NCBI GenBank assembly: GCA_020184695.1
Contig: JAANOX010000232.1
Span: 62,001-126,000 of the forward strand
Direction: 5' to 3'
DNA: 64,000 nt
From: Histomonas meleagridis 2922-C6/04-290x
Taxonomy: Eukaryota > Protista > Parabasalia
Part shown: positions 53,632 to 64,000 of the stretch, piece after piece
Numbering within the stretch: position 1 is the first letter of the stretch
Layout: every line of letters begins with the position of its first letter
The notes under the pieces: generated by a model
What the model was told of the DNA's origin: nothing
The model's input: the letters and a program-made list of their open reading frames with translations, nothing else
Database searches by the model: none
Translations under genes and position numbers: made by a program

Positions 53632-54603
53632 TCATGAAATAGATAGTTTTTCCAATTGCTTTTGTAGCATTTGGATTCTTGTCTGATTAGTTACCACTTG
53701 ATAAGAAGTCTTTCCATGATTATAACATCTTTCTTGGAATTTCTCAATCACTTCTGTTGTCTTTTGAAGTTCTTTCAATTCTTCATCTAGCATTTGCTTG
53801 TATTCTTCTTCTGTTTGTATTGCATTTATTAAGTTTGTTATGTATTGTTGTTTCCGAAGTTCTATTTCAGCAAAAAGTGACTTTTTCACTTCACTTTCAC
53901 TCGTGTGTAAACCATTAAAAAAGTTTGCTTTTAAATCTTTGAGTTGTTGCTCAAGACTGTTGTTTGCTTGTGTTTGCTGATTTATTCGATTTGTAAGGCT
54001 GGTGTGCATTTCAATCATTTTGTTTCGTTCATTTACATATTCTTGAGAAGGATTTGGAAGATTATTATCTTTGATTTTAAGGGATTCTTCCCTTTTTCGA
54101 AGGTTTTCAAGAGCTTCTCGCTCTTCTACTTGAAGAACATTGAGTTGTTGTTCATTTTGTTGTTGTTCTTCAAGTTTGGAATTGATAAGTTCTATTAAAA
54201 CTTGCTCATCTTTATCTGTAGTTTGGTTATGTTGAAGTTCATTAATTTCATCTTGTAAAAAAACATAATCAGCTTCACGTTCCTGTAGGCTGTATTCAGC
54301 ATATTCAAATTCAGTTTGAATATAATGGAAATCTTTTTTGAGAGATTGAATTTGTTGATCAAGCTTATATAAATCAGGATCTGATAAATCTATTTTTTGT
54401 TGGTTTGACTTTTCAGAAAGTTCCTTGTTTTGAATTTTAAGTTTGGTTAACTCATTTTCTAATTCTTGATATTGTTTTGTAAGTAATTGATTTTCTTTAC
54501 GAATTTTTTCAATATATAATGTGGCACTGGGTGATTTAGTGTTCTTAGGGCTGGGTGATAAATGTTTTCTTGTAGGAGATTTTTGCGGAGAAAAACTCGA
54601 CAT
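53632..54603 (-). CDS. Coiled-coil hypothetical protein
   Basis: E/Q/K-rich heptad ORF; probable ATG at 54603 (MSSFSPQKSP). Confidence 0.75.
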   Translation of the reverse strand: MSSFSPQKSPTRKHLSPSPKNTKSPSATLYIEKIRKENQLLTKQYQELENELTKLKIQNKELSEKSNQQKIDLSDPDLYKLDQQIQSLKKDFHYIQTEFEYAEYSLQEREADYVFLQDEINELQHNQTTDKDEQVLIELINSKLEEQQQNEQQLNVLQVEEREALENLRKREESLKIKDNNLPNPSQEYVNERNKMIEMHTSLTNRINQQTQANNSLEQQLKDLKANFFNGLHTSESEVKKSLFAEIELRKQQYITNLINAIQTEEEYKQMLDEELKELQKTTEVIEKFQERCYNHGKTSYQVVTNQTRIQMLQKQLEKLSIS

Positions 54604-54977
54604 ATATAATTTCACATAACATTTCTCATTTTTTTCTTTGTTTTTCCTCTTGGTGCATTTCATTGATATACAGCCAAGCTTTAAAACTAATGCTTTAATC
54701 TCTTTCTTTTGATGGACAAAACTTTTAGCTTTGAGTCAAAAAATTTAAAATAGTTCTAATTGAAATAATTATAAATTGATATTAGAATAAGATTAACATG
54801 ACACTGTTACACTAGGTATTAAATACTGTTTGTAGCTCTTTGGTAATGCTTAAATTTAATGAGGAGAATGGTTACAGACAATGAACTCACAAACCCAGCC
54901 CTTTAGAAAATTTGATATAAACGATTATATTTCTCACAAAAAGATGGTTTGGCGTGTGGATTTCATTTTTTTAGAAA

Positions 54978-56189
54978 ATGAGTTTCAACAAGGAAGATCC
55001 AATTATCCAAATGATGGTCCCTGAGTTTATTTCCAAATTTGGTTGTAATCCTGAAGTTGCTGGTCGCGCACCTGGAAGAGTCAATCTTATTGGTGAACAC
55101 ATTGATTACTGCGGATTTCCAGTCTTTCCAATGGCCCTTAAAGACAAACATACAACTGTCCTTATTAGCCTCAATGATTCTGGAAAGATAAATTGCAAGA
55201 ATACTGATCCAGCAAATTATCCTGATGCTGAAGTCAATTCCATTGCGCCTGAATCAGAACTCGTTTCCACAGGATGGAGTAAGTATGTTGAAAGTGCCAT
55301 TAAAGAGTATTGCAAAACCTTCAATTATACAATCCATGGCATCAACATATTAGTTCATGGAACGGTTCCTATTGCCTCAGGTCTTTCCTCTTCTGCAGCT
55401 CTTCTTTGTTCCATAGTCATTGCACTTAACGCCTTACAAAATGTGGATCATGATAAACAAGCACTGATCAACTGTTCCATTGAAGCCGAACATCGTGTTG
55501 GCATGAACTGTGGTGGTATGGATCAATCCATATCCATTTTAGGCCAAGAAGGTTATGCGTTAATCATTGGATTTTCTCCACCGTCCACAAAACTCGTCAA
55601 ATTGCCCGACGCCCATTTCATTGTTGCCCACTGCATGAAGAAGTCCGCGAAAGTCGAAGGCTATGACGAGAACTGTTACAATCATCGAGTATTAGAAGTT
55701 CGTCGTGCAGCCGAACTCATGGCCGCGAACTGTAAAACGATTGGCGACGTTGTTAAATCAGTCGGCGGCTTCGACAAAGCCATTGAACTTGCAGAGAAGC
55801 TTCCGCAGAAAGAGGGAAATCTTGTTCTCCGCGACCGCGCTCTCCACGTTCTAACCGAAGCGCAGCGCGTGCTGAAGATGGAGAACGCGACACTCGACGA
55901 GTGGGGAACGCTGATGTGCGAATCGCATCGAAGCTGCAGAGATTTGTACCACTGCTCGTGCGAAGAGTTGGACGAGTTAGTCGAAGAGGGGCTGAAAGAT
56001 GGCGCAATCGGAGGAAGGCTCACCGGCGCGGGATGGGGCGGATGCGCAATCTTTCTGCTGAGGAAGGAGAACGACCCGCAGCTGTTCATAGAGAAGCTGA
56101 AGAAGGGATACTACGAGAGAAGGAAGATCGAGAACCCGATTGTGTTCGCAACAAAGCCGGGACAGGGCGCAGAGGCGTTCAAGTTCTGA
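54978..56189 (+). CDS. Galactokinase / N-acetylgalactosamine kinase (GHMP family)
   Basis: APGRVNLIGEHIDY, VPIASGLSSSAA, GMNCGGMDQ, GGRLTGAGWGGC. Confidence 0.93.
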   Translation: MSFNKEDPIIQMMVPEFISKFGCNPEVAGRAPGRVNLIGEHIDYCGFPVFPMALKDKHTTVLISLNDSGKINCKNTDPANYPDAEVNSIAPESELVSTGWSKYVESAIKEYCKTFNYTIHGINILVHGTVPIASGLSSSAALLCSIVIALNALQNVDHDKQALINCSIEAEHRVGMNCGGMDQSISILGQEGYALIIGFSPPSTKLVKLPDAHFIVAHCMKKSAKVEGYDENCYNHRVLEVRRAAELMAANCKTIGDVVKSVGGFDKAIELAEKLPQKEGNLVLRDRALHVLTEAQRVLKMENATLDEWGTLMCESHRSCRDLYHCSCEELDELVEEGLKDGAIGGRLTGAGWGGCAIFLLRKENDPQLFIEKLKKGYYERRKIENPIVFATKPGQGAEAFKF

Positions 56190-56743
56190 ATTAGTGATAC
56201 GCATTAAATGCATTTTATTGATTCGTTTTGGCTTGGAAAATGTTTTGGATGTCTGTGCACGAATTGTTTGGAATGTTTTGTTTATGAAGTAGAAAATTTT
56301 GGTGATTGAATGAATTCAATTTTGATTATCTATGCTCGAAGTGTGTGGTGAATTTGTTGGTTTTAATTGGAGTTGAATTTGATTCTTCTTCCTTGGTGTT
56401 TTTTATTTCGTATACGTATCAATTATATAATGATTAATGAAATAATAATTAATACAATCAAAACGCAAATAAAAATATAAATATATGTTTTATATTCAGC
56501 TCTTGATTCATTATTTTCAAAAATCATATAAAAAACAGAACAACACACGAAATATTTATGAATAAATAATAACAATATAATCAGAAAGTTTAAGAAATAT
56601 CGGGATATGTGTAAAACATGAATTCATAATTGTGGCATTAAATAAAGTTAAATATGAATTACTGAAAGAAGAGTGTGAAATATTATATTTTTTAATCCAA
56701 ATAAGTATGATTCGATTTCTGCTATGTTTTCTGAAAGAGAAAC

Positions 56744-56940
56744 TTTTTCTAATTGAGAACAGGAATAAAAGGTAATTTACAAATTGAAACGACTGAGTTA
56801 GCTATAGTAATAGATTAATTTCCAGTAAGAAAAAGAACATTTTTCTAATTGAGAACAGGAATAAAAGGTAATTTACAAATTGAAACGACTGAGTTAGCTA
56901 TAGTAATAGATTAATTTCCAGTAAGAAAAAGAACATTTTT
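56744..56940. repeat. Perfect 96-bp tandem duplication (2 copies), intergenic
   Basis: CTAATTGAGAACAGG..GAAAAAGAACAT at 56749 and 56845. Confidence 0.9.
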
Positions 56941-57336
56941 TCCAAAAAAACCGTTTTTTCCTAGGAGGACTAACCCCATTTTAAATTACAACATATTCTG
57001 TCCTTTTGTATTATACATTTGTAAATTAAATTGGATTTTAATATGGTGAATGGTGTCGACCCCACGATTTGTTTTTCGTTAAAATTGTATGTGGCATTAT
57101 AATAGCAACGCCATGTTTCCAATTTCATTATTAATATCTCCATATTTCATATAAATTCAAAAAAATGATGTTTTGCTAAAGATTTGTTTTTATGGGATAT
57201 GCACAAAAAGGCAAATTCCAACTGAAAAAGTATAAAATCAGAAGTTTACTTGAGTTTTTGAATTTATTTACGATAAGATGAAAAACGTTTGCAAACAATT
57301 TGCCTTTCACAATAATTTTTTAATTATTTCTTTTTC

Positions 57337-59253
57337 TTATGCCTTAATAATTTCGACCACTTCTTTGTGGCGCATTTGCTTAGCCTCCTGGTATGCATAT
57401 GCAATATTTTTCTTCGATGGATTATATTTTAACAGCAGATTTACAATGTTCGGCTTATCACAGATCGCAGCAACTTCAATTGCGGAATACTTCAAATGCT
57501 TCTTCTCGTAATAGAACGAGTCGGGATTGACGCCATTTTCCAGCATCGTTTTCACCACACGGAAGAAACCTTTCTTACATGCGAAACATAACGGATGAAT
57601 TTCTTTTTCTTGAGTACATTCGTATTTACAAATGTCGACTCCAAAGTTCAAAATCATTTTAATTGAGTTCAGATTGAGCATGTTGATGGCCTCATTTAAC
57701 ATTTCCACAAAATATATTGGATCTGACGTATGCTTCGATAATATGTACTTAAGGACATCTGGGGCATAGACATACGCGGCATGTTCACTATATAATTCGA
57801 CGTATGATACAATATCTTTCCTATCTTGATAATTTTCAATGATGTTAATAAAATTATTTCGTACCACATATGAAAATGAGGCAATTTTGAAGAAAAATTT
57901 AATTCTATACATAATGAATATATTAACTCCCACCCATTTTCACACGCATGTGATAATGCGTTTTGCCAGTTACCATCTTCTACTTTGAGATCTGCACCCA
58001 AAACCTTAAATAATAAAAATAAATCCTGATAACCATTCATTGCTATTTCAGTTAAAAGACATTAAACGGGAATTTGGGATATATTCTTTGGTCTTTTCCT
58101 TTGTATCCAACAAATATCATTTTTTGTCCATTAGAGTCTACAGGGATTTTTTCTGCTGGGAATCCTGTGGTAATATTCCTGGACGAATGTCATTTGATTT
58201 TGGTAAAAAGACTAATTCGAAATATTCTGAGTTTTTGGTGTTTGTGTCGAAGCCCTTTTCGATAAACTTCTCAATTATGTAATAGTTGCGAAATTCAAAT
58301 GCGAACCATAGCGCCGATAAATTGAAATAATGATCGGTTTCAAGTGACATGTCATGATTTGTTATTAAGTGATCAACCATTGAATTTGATCGTCCACAAA
58401 TGGCAGCACACAAACATCCTTGGATATCATGTTCTCCCATATTATAAAAGCGCTCAAAGAGTTCAATGTCACCTATAAATGCTGCAGAATGTATGGCACG
58501 CCATCCATGCGGGTTAGTTGCATTAATTGGAACTTTTTGTTCAATGAAAAAATCAATTACTTTACGAGAGTTAAAAAGAACAGCTGCAGATAATATAGGA
58601 TGTTGGTGTGAAATAAGTGTGGCTAAGGCAATTTTATAGTTGGTGACTTCGGGATAATCACCACGTGGATATAGTGATTTAATGGTTTCAACATCATCAT
58701 CCATAATGGCAAAGTCAAAGGCTTTGGAATTTGGATAACGTCGACATCTACGAAATTGAGCCCAACAATCTTTTCGAATATCTTGGTAATGATCAGGCTT
58801 ATATTTAAATGTTTCCATAAGCTCTTCTGGTCCTAACGTTATTTCTAACTCGGGAACTAAATTGCTTTGTGGTCTGTTTATAAGGTCTGGTGGTAATATT
58901 ATATTGTAAGATTCAATAACATCATCAGCTGTAAAAACGCCTGCATCACAGCAACAAAAGAAGAAGAAAAGATCATTATGTACACAATAATATGCGAACA
59001 AATGTCGTTGATTTTCGTCAAAAAGATCAAACACCAAATAAACTATAGCTTCTGTATGTTTCTCTCGATATCTGCTAATTGAAGAAAATAAGAAACTGAC
59101 AATGTCAGTAAAATGATATTCTTTTAGGATTTTAATTATTTCTTCTTTTTCTTTTGGATCTCCTTCATACTTCCAAAGCATTTCAGATATCGTACGGGAC
59201 CTTTTAATTTTTTCCATCACTTCTTCCTTTGTTAATGATGCCTGCGGAATCAT
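57337..59253 (-). pseudogene. DUF3447-like/ankyrin gene split over at least three frames
   Basis: ORF 59253-58138 (AFDFAIMDDDVE..ILSAAVLFNS..NATNPHGWRAIHSAAFIG), then CLLTEIAMNG..DGNWQNALSHACENG (58040-57696), then HPLCFACKKGFFRVVKTMLENG..SAIEVAAICDKPNIVNLLL (57933-57337). Confidence 0.6.
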
Positions 59254-59539
59254 TTTGGTGTTTATTTTGCAGTTATTTCAAGTCCAAAAAATGACACATT
59301 ACAAATTTTACTTTTTGCACAGGACCTTTTGTCACTTTTCTTTTTCTTCTCCGAACGTTTCACATCCCACAAAACGATAGAAAATTTCAGTTCAAATTTC
59401 AAGTGCAGTCAGTCCACTACACTCAGAAAAAGATTCGAATTGAATAAGAATCAATCGTCTTCCAATTCTGGTTGTGTTCATTTCACATTAACATGAAAGT
59501 CAGATATGGTATGTTTATTGCCATGTTAAATTATTATGT

Positions 59540-61486
59540 TTATACGAGTATCTCATCAACACCATCTGCTTCACTGGCTTGTACTTCATTGAGAGGCTTC
59601 TTGTTACGCTTCTTCAAAATAACAACAACAACAATCGCTACAACGGCAAGGACAACAACTATAACAACAACACTAATAATGGCTTTCTCTGCCGTTGTAA
59701 GTCCGGATTGTTGATCTGCAGGCTCAGAGATTTCTGCTGAAGATGAATCTTCTGTTTGTGCTTCAGATGTAATTTCTGTTGTGATCTCTGTTGGTGCTTG
59801 TGTAGTTACTTCAGTAGTTGCTTCTGATGAAGAAGCGGTAGGAATTTCTGTTGTTACTTCTGATGATGATTCAGTAGTAATTTCTGATGTCACTTCAGAA
59901 GATGATTCGGTAGTAATTTCTGTTGTTACTTCTGAAGAATATTCAGTAGTAATTTCTGTTGTTACTTCTGATGATGATTCGGTAGTAATTTCTGTTGTTA
60001 CTTCTGAAGAATATTCAGTAGTAATTTCTGTTGTTAATTCTGATGATGATTCAGATGTTACCTCAGAAGATGACTCAGTGATAATTTCTGATGATGATTC
60101 AGATGTTACTTCTGATGATGATTCAGTAGTAATTTCTGATGATGACTCAGTAGTAATTTCTGATGATGATTCAGTAGTAATTTCTGATGATGACTCAGTA
60201 GTAATTTCTGATGATGATTCAGTAGTAATTTCTGATGATGATTCAGTAGTAATTTCTGTTGTTACTTCTGATGATGATTCAGTAGTAATTTCTGATGATG
60301 ATTCAGTAGTAATTTCTGTTGTTACTTCTGATGATGATTCAGATGCTGATTCAGAAGATGATTCTGATGAAGATTCAGATGTTACTTCTGATGTTGATTC
60401 TGATGCTGATTCAGATGTTACTTCTGATGATGATTCAGATGCTGATTCTGATGATGATTCAGATGTTACTTCAGAGGATGCCTCAGAAGATGATTCTGAT
60501 GAAGATTCAGATGCTGATTCTGATGATGATTCAGAGGCCTCAGATGCTGATTCTGATGATGATTCAGATGTTACTTCTGATGATGATTCAGATGAAGATT
60601 CAGAGGATGCTTCAGAGGATGATTCAGATGAAGATTCAGAGGATGCCTCAGAGGATGATTCAGATGAAGATTCAGAGGATGCTTCAGAGGATGATTCAGA
60701 TGAAGATTCAGAGGATGCTTCAGAGGATGATTCAGAGGATGCCTCAGAGGATGCTTCAGATGAAGATTCAGAGGATGCCTCAGAGGATGATTCAGATGAA
60801 GATTCAGAGGATGATTCAGAAGATGATTCAGATGTTACTTCTGATGATGATTCAGATGAAGATTCAGAGGATGCCTCAGAAGATGATTCAGAAGATGATT
60901 CAGAAGATGCTTCAGAAGATGATTCAGATGATGATTCAGAGGATGATTCAGAAGATGATTCAGATGTTACTTCTGATGATGATTCAGATGAAGATTCAGA
61001 GGATGCCTCAGAAGATGATTCAGAAGATGCTTCAGAAGATGCTTCAGATGATGCTTCAGAAGATGCTTCAGAAGATGCTTCAGAAGATGCTTCAGAAGAT
61101 GATTCAGATGATGATTCAGAGGATGATTCAGATGTTGCTTCTGATGATGATTCAGATGAAGATTCAGAAGATGATTCAGATGAAGATTCAGAAGATGATT
61201 CAGAGGATGATTCAGAAGATGATTCAGATGTTGCTTCTGATGATGATTCAGATGAAGATTCAGAAGATGATTCAGAGGATGATTCAGAAGATGATTCAGA
61301 AGATGATTCTGATGAAGATTCAGATGTTACTTCTGATGATGATTCAGATGAAGATTCAGAAGATGATTCAGAGGATGATTCCGTTGATGTCTCGGTATTT
61401 TCATCATTGCTCTTGATGACAATCCTTTTCCTTGGGATGCTTTCATCGTATTTTGTTATTGCTAAGGTAAGAAGAAGAACAAACAT
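59540..61486 (-). CDS. Mucin-like Ser/Glu/Thr-rich type-I membrane protein
   Basis: Signal-like MFVLLLTLAIT, about 530 aa of ESSS/EASS/EITT repeats, TM AIISVVVIVVVLAVVAIVVVVIL, KKRNKK stop-transfer and short acidic tail. Confidence 0.85.
   Translation of the reverse strand: MFVLLLTLAITKYDESIPRKRIVIKSNDENTETSTESSSESSSESSSESSSEVTSESSSESSSESSSESSSESSSESSSESSSEATSESSSESSSESSSESSSESSSESSSESSSEATSESSSESSSESSSEASSEASSEASSEASSEASSEASSESSSEASSESSSESSSEVTSESSSESSSESSSESSSEASSESSSESSSEASSESSSESSSEVTSESSSESSSESSSESSSEASSESSSEASSEASSESSSEASSESSSESSSEASSESSSESSSEASSESSSESSSEASSESSSESSSEVTSESSSESASEASESSSESASESSSESSSEASSEVTSESSSESASESSSEVTSESASESTSEVTSESSSESSSESASESSSEVTTEITTESSSEITTESSSEVTTEITTESSSEITTESSSEITTESSSEITTESSSEITTESSSEITTESSSEVTSESSSEIITESSSEVTSESSSELTTEITTEYSSEVTTEITTESSSEVTTEITTEYSSEVTTEITTESSSEVTSEITTESSSEVTTEIPTASSSEATTEVTTQAPTEITTEITSEAQTEDSSSAEISEPADQQSGLTTAEKAIISVVVIVVVLAVVAIVVVVILKKRNKKPLNEVQASEADGVDEILV
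59800..61385 (-). repeat. 12-bp-based coding minisatellite (ESSS zone, then EITTESSS zone)
   Basis: Plus-strand GATGATTCAGA(A/G/T) and GTAGTAATTTCTGATGATGATTCA units. Confidence 0.95.
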
Positions 61487-62403
61487 TAAAATGCTTGTTT
61501 TTGTGAGCCTACATTGAATAGTCAATATGGCCGTTTCTTAAAGAAAATTGAAAGAATTCGTGTTGTTTGAATTAAGAGGACGAGAGGTTTTTGATAGAAT
61601 TTCAATTGTAACAGCAAACAAACTTTTGAGCCATTTTTTTATGTGCTATCAACAGAACGGTTATATGGAACCACCTTCTGAAAATTTGTTATTTAACCAA
61701 TATCAAAAGGTGCACAAAAACGATAAACCAATCAATTCGATAAGGAATTCAGAGGAAATCTCAAGTAAATTGACACATTTCTGTGAACTGATACGAACGG
61801 CGTGTCGGCTTTTTATTTTGATAAGGAAGAAATTTGTGCGCAGGCAAAAATGAATGAATAATCGCATATATCATAGTGCAATAAGAATATTTAACAAAAT
61901 TACGAATCAGATGGTTGCATTACAAAATCTTTCTTTCGCAAACTTTGTTTCATAAGGAATCTCGATACAATATTTATATATATATATAATATGATTACAG
62001 CATAAATGAAAAATGTGTGTCTCATTTCGTCAAATTAATATCTAATAAAACATTAGTACCTGAAACGCGTTTAAATAACAGGTTTTAAATGTCGAAAATA
62101 TTTTCGAACAAGGATTTTCAATTTTTTGGGTTGTGGAAAAGTCAATTTTATATAAAGTTTTGAATTGCTCTCACTTTCAGAGAATCGAAAATTTCATTCC
62201 TTAAGCAAAACTCAATTTATAATAAAAAACATGCATCTAACTTAACACGTATTTTGAGCTAGAAGCAAACAAAGAAAATTATGGAATCTTTGAAATTTAT
62301 TAGATAATTTTTTGTTCATATTAAAAACAATTTTTAGATTTAAATGATGATTTGCTTGGGCATGCACTTGAAAAATTCCAAATTTTAGAAGTTTGCTTGT
62401 TTA

Positions 62404-63012
62404 TTATAATGCAGCCATTTTAACGAGATCTGGATTTTCTTCAATTTCTTCTTGATCTATTGGGATTTGTTCAATTGGTTTGCCTGTTGTCTTGCTAACA
62501 TCTTTGGCAATTTCGTTATATACAAGACGAACAGCAAGTTCTTGATCTTCAGCTTCTGTATCTCCGTTCAATTCGTCCATAGTTTCGTCAAGCATTTCTT
62601 CAGTGAGACCGGATTTCTCCATTTCTTGTTGAAGTTGCATCATTGTACGTTGCATTTCTGGAACTTTCACCATTTGATTCATCATACGTGTAACTTCAGC
62701 AGACTTTTGGAATGTTCCACAAACTTTCACTTGGGCCATTTGTAGATCAATTTGACGAACCATTGAATCAAGTTGTGTGCATGTCTTTAACAACTTAGAA
62801 CGGGTTTTCTTTGAATTTGCTATTTCTGCAATAAGTGGCATGACAGAGTCTTGATGTCCTTGTTTCATTAAAAGTTTTACCTTTTGTTTAATTTTGTCTT
62901 CTTCTCTTTCGATTTTAAGCATTTGTCGATTAATTGCACGGCGTTCACTACGAATTGTTGTTTTCCATTGTTTTGCACGTTCTTGTGGAGTCAGCTTCTT
63001 TCCACCAAACAT
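62404..63012 (-). CDS. VPS24: ESCRT-III subunit VPS24/CHMP3
   Basis: MFGGKKLTPQERAKQW..IRSERRAINRQ, KVCGTFQKSAEVTRMMNQMVKVPE..TM..LQQEM.K.GL.EEM..ETMD. Confidence 0.85.
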   Translation of the reverse strand: MFGGKKLTPQERAKQWKTTIRSERRAINRQMLKIEREEDKIKQKVKLLMKQGHQDSVMPLIAEIANSKKTRSKLLKTCTQLDSMVRQIDLQMAQVKVCGTFQKSAEVTRMMNQMVKVPEMQRTMMQLQQEMEKSGLTEEMLDETMDELNGDTEAEDQELAVRLVYNEIAKDVSKTTGKPIEQIPIDQEEIEENPDLVKMAAL

Positions 63013-63559
63013 TTTGTCTATTGTCAAAACCGTTGGTTTTAGTGCGGTTAAATGAAGGGTAACTTTTTGAACATTTTAAACATTTTGAGATATCTCATAG
63101 AAAATATTCTAATACTTATTACGGTTTTACTTTTCATATTTTGACTGCCACATGAATTTTCCGATAGATTTACGATACAACTTTTTGAGCCAGCTCCTTT
63201 GACGCGATCCTATATTTCTTATAGGTAAATGCAATATTCTTTAGATAAATTTCATATGCTTTCGGAATTAATTCATTTTGTTAATAATGAAAAATGGCAT
63301 TCATATAAATAAATTCTTTCATCATCATTGTTGTGATAAGCAGCAAATAAAAAATAGAATTCTTAATATATCATCTTACAATAACTATGATAAATTTATA
63401 TATTCGAATTATGGTAATACGGAATCTTTTAGATAAATTAGAAAAAGGATTCAATCAAAATATTTCACACACTCTAGAATCATATTAAAATTTTGCTGAA
63501 ATTAACAAATACCTATTTCCCAATATCAGAATAAAATCACAAGAAAATTTTAAAAAAAT

Positions 63560-64000
63560 TAGAATCTTTATAATAATATTACAGAATATGTTATTGATAA
63601 TGAAATTATTAATATTCCAAGTAATGCATTTAATGGATGGACAACGAGTAAATCGATTAATATGAGTAATTCAGTTACAACAATTGGAACTTATGCATTT
63701 CGTTATTGTTCGTTTATGAAAACAGTTATTATCATCAGCGAAAATATTTTCATATTTTTACAACAATTAGGATATAGTATTTCAAATATGTTCTTCATTA
63801 AAAAATATTGCAATACCTAATTCAGTTACAACATTTCAATTTTTTGCATTGAGTGATTGTTCCGATTTAAAATGTCAATTGAAAGTAATGCATTCTACAA
63901 TTGCAATGATTCGATGTGATTTATTTTGCAGATTATAAATCCCCAACATCTTTTGGTGAAAATGTATTTAATAGTGGACCATCTCAAAACACGACATTTG
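63560..64000 (+). pseudogene. BspA-like LRR pseudogene
   Basis: NITEYVIDNEIINIPSNAFNGW..NSVTTIGTYAFRYCSFMK, followed by frameshifts and stops (..AIPNSVTT..IESNAFYNC). Confidence 0.7.

Noticed and set aside
59781-61517. 578-aa and 365-aa plus-strand ORFs
   Set aside because: Antisense shadows of the 12-bp mucin repeat; only the minus-strand frame has a signal peptide, TM segment and tail.
1-64000. Stop-codon reassignment
   Set aside because: Conserved genes end at TAA (AsnRS), TAG (PRMT1) and TGA (galactokinase, Myb) at the expected positions, and most spacers also change frame.

Overview
AT-rich, gene-dense and apparently intron-poor eukaryotic DNA, most consistent with a parabasalid (Tritrichomonas/Trichomonas-like). 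This assignment is an inference from TCA(C/T)T initiator elements just upstream of ATGs and from expanded BspA-type LRR, DUF3447-ankyrin, Myb and TKL-kinase families. The standard genetic code is used: intact genes end at TAA, TAG or TGA. Housekeeping genes include INTS6-like, 3R-Myb, ERGIC3-like, MCM10-like, atypical E2F, Pkr1-like, PRMT1, tandem thymidine kinase, tRNA-Ser(UGA), AsnRS, an actin-related protein, NCoR-like SANT, PP2A-B56, an amino-acid permease, galactokinase and VPS24. They alternate with very AT-rich islands of BspA and ankyrin genes and pseudogenes. The standout observation is at three loci (41517-43638 +, 38176-38790 -, 47132-47830 -). There, intact ankyrin-repeat units (34 codons inferred per unit) are each separated by a stop-containing spacer of quantised length (68, 88 or 108 nt = 20n+8; one 64-nt exception). 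Most spacers shift the frame, no GT-AG pair restores a full repeat in the junctions checked by hand, and most carry TTTGGAA 26 nt before the next unit. The coding units look conserved while the spacers diverge at fixed length. This suggests an unexplained removal or bypass mechanism (non-canonical splicing, ribosomal bypass or DNA-level cassette assembly); a decayed minisatellite remains the alternative.
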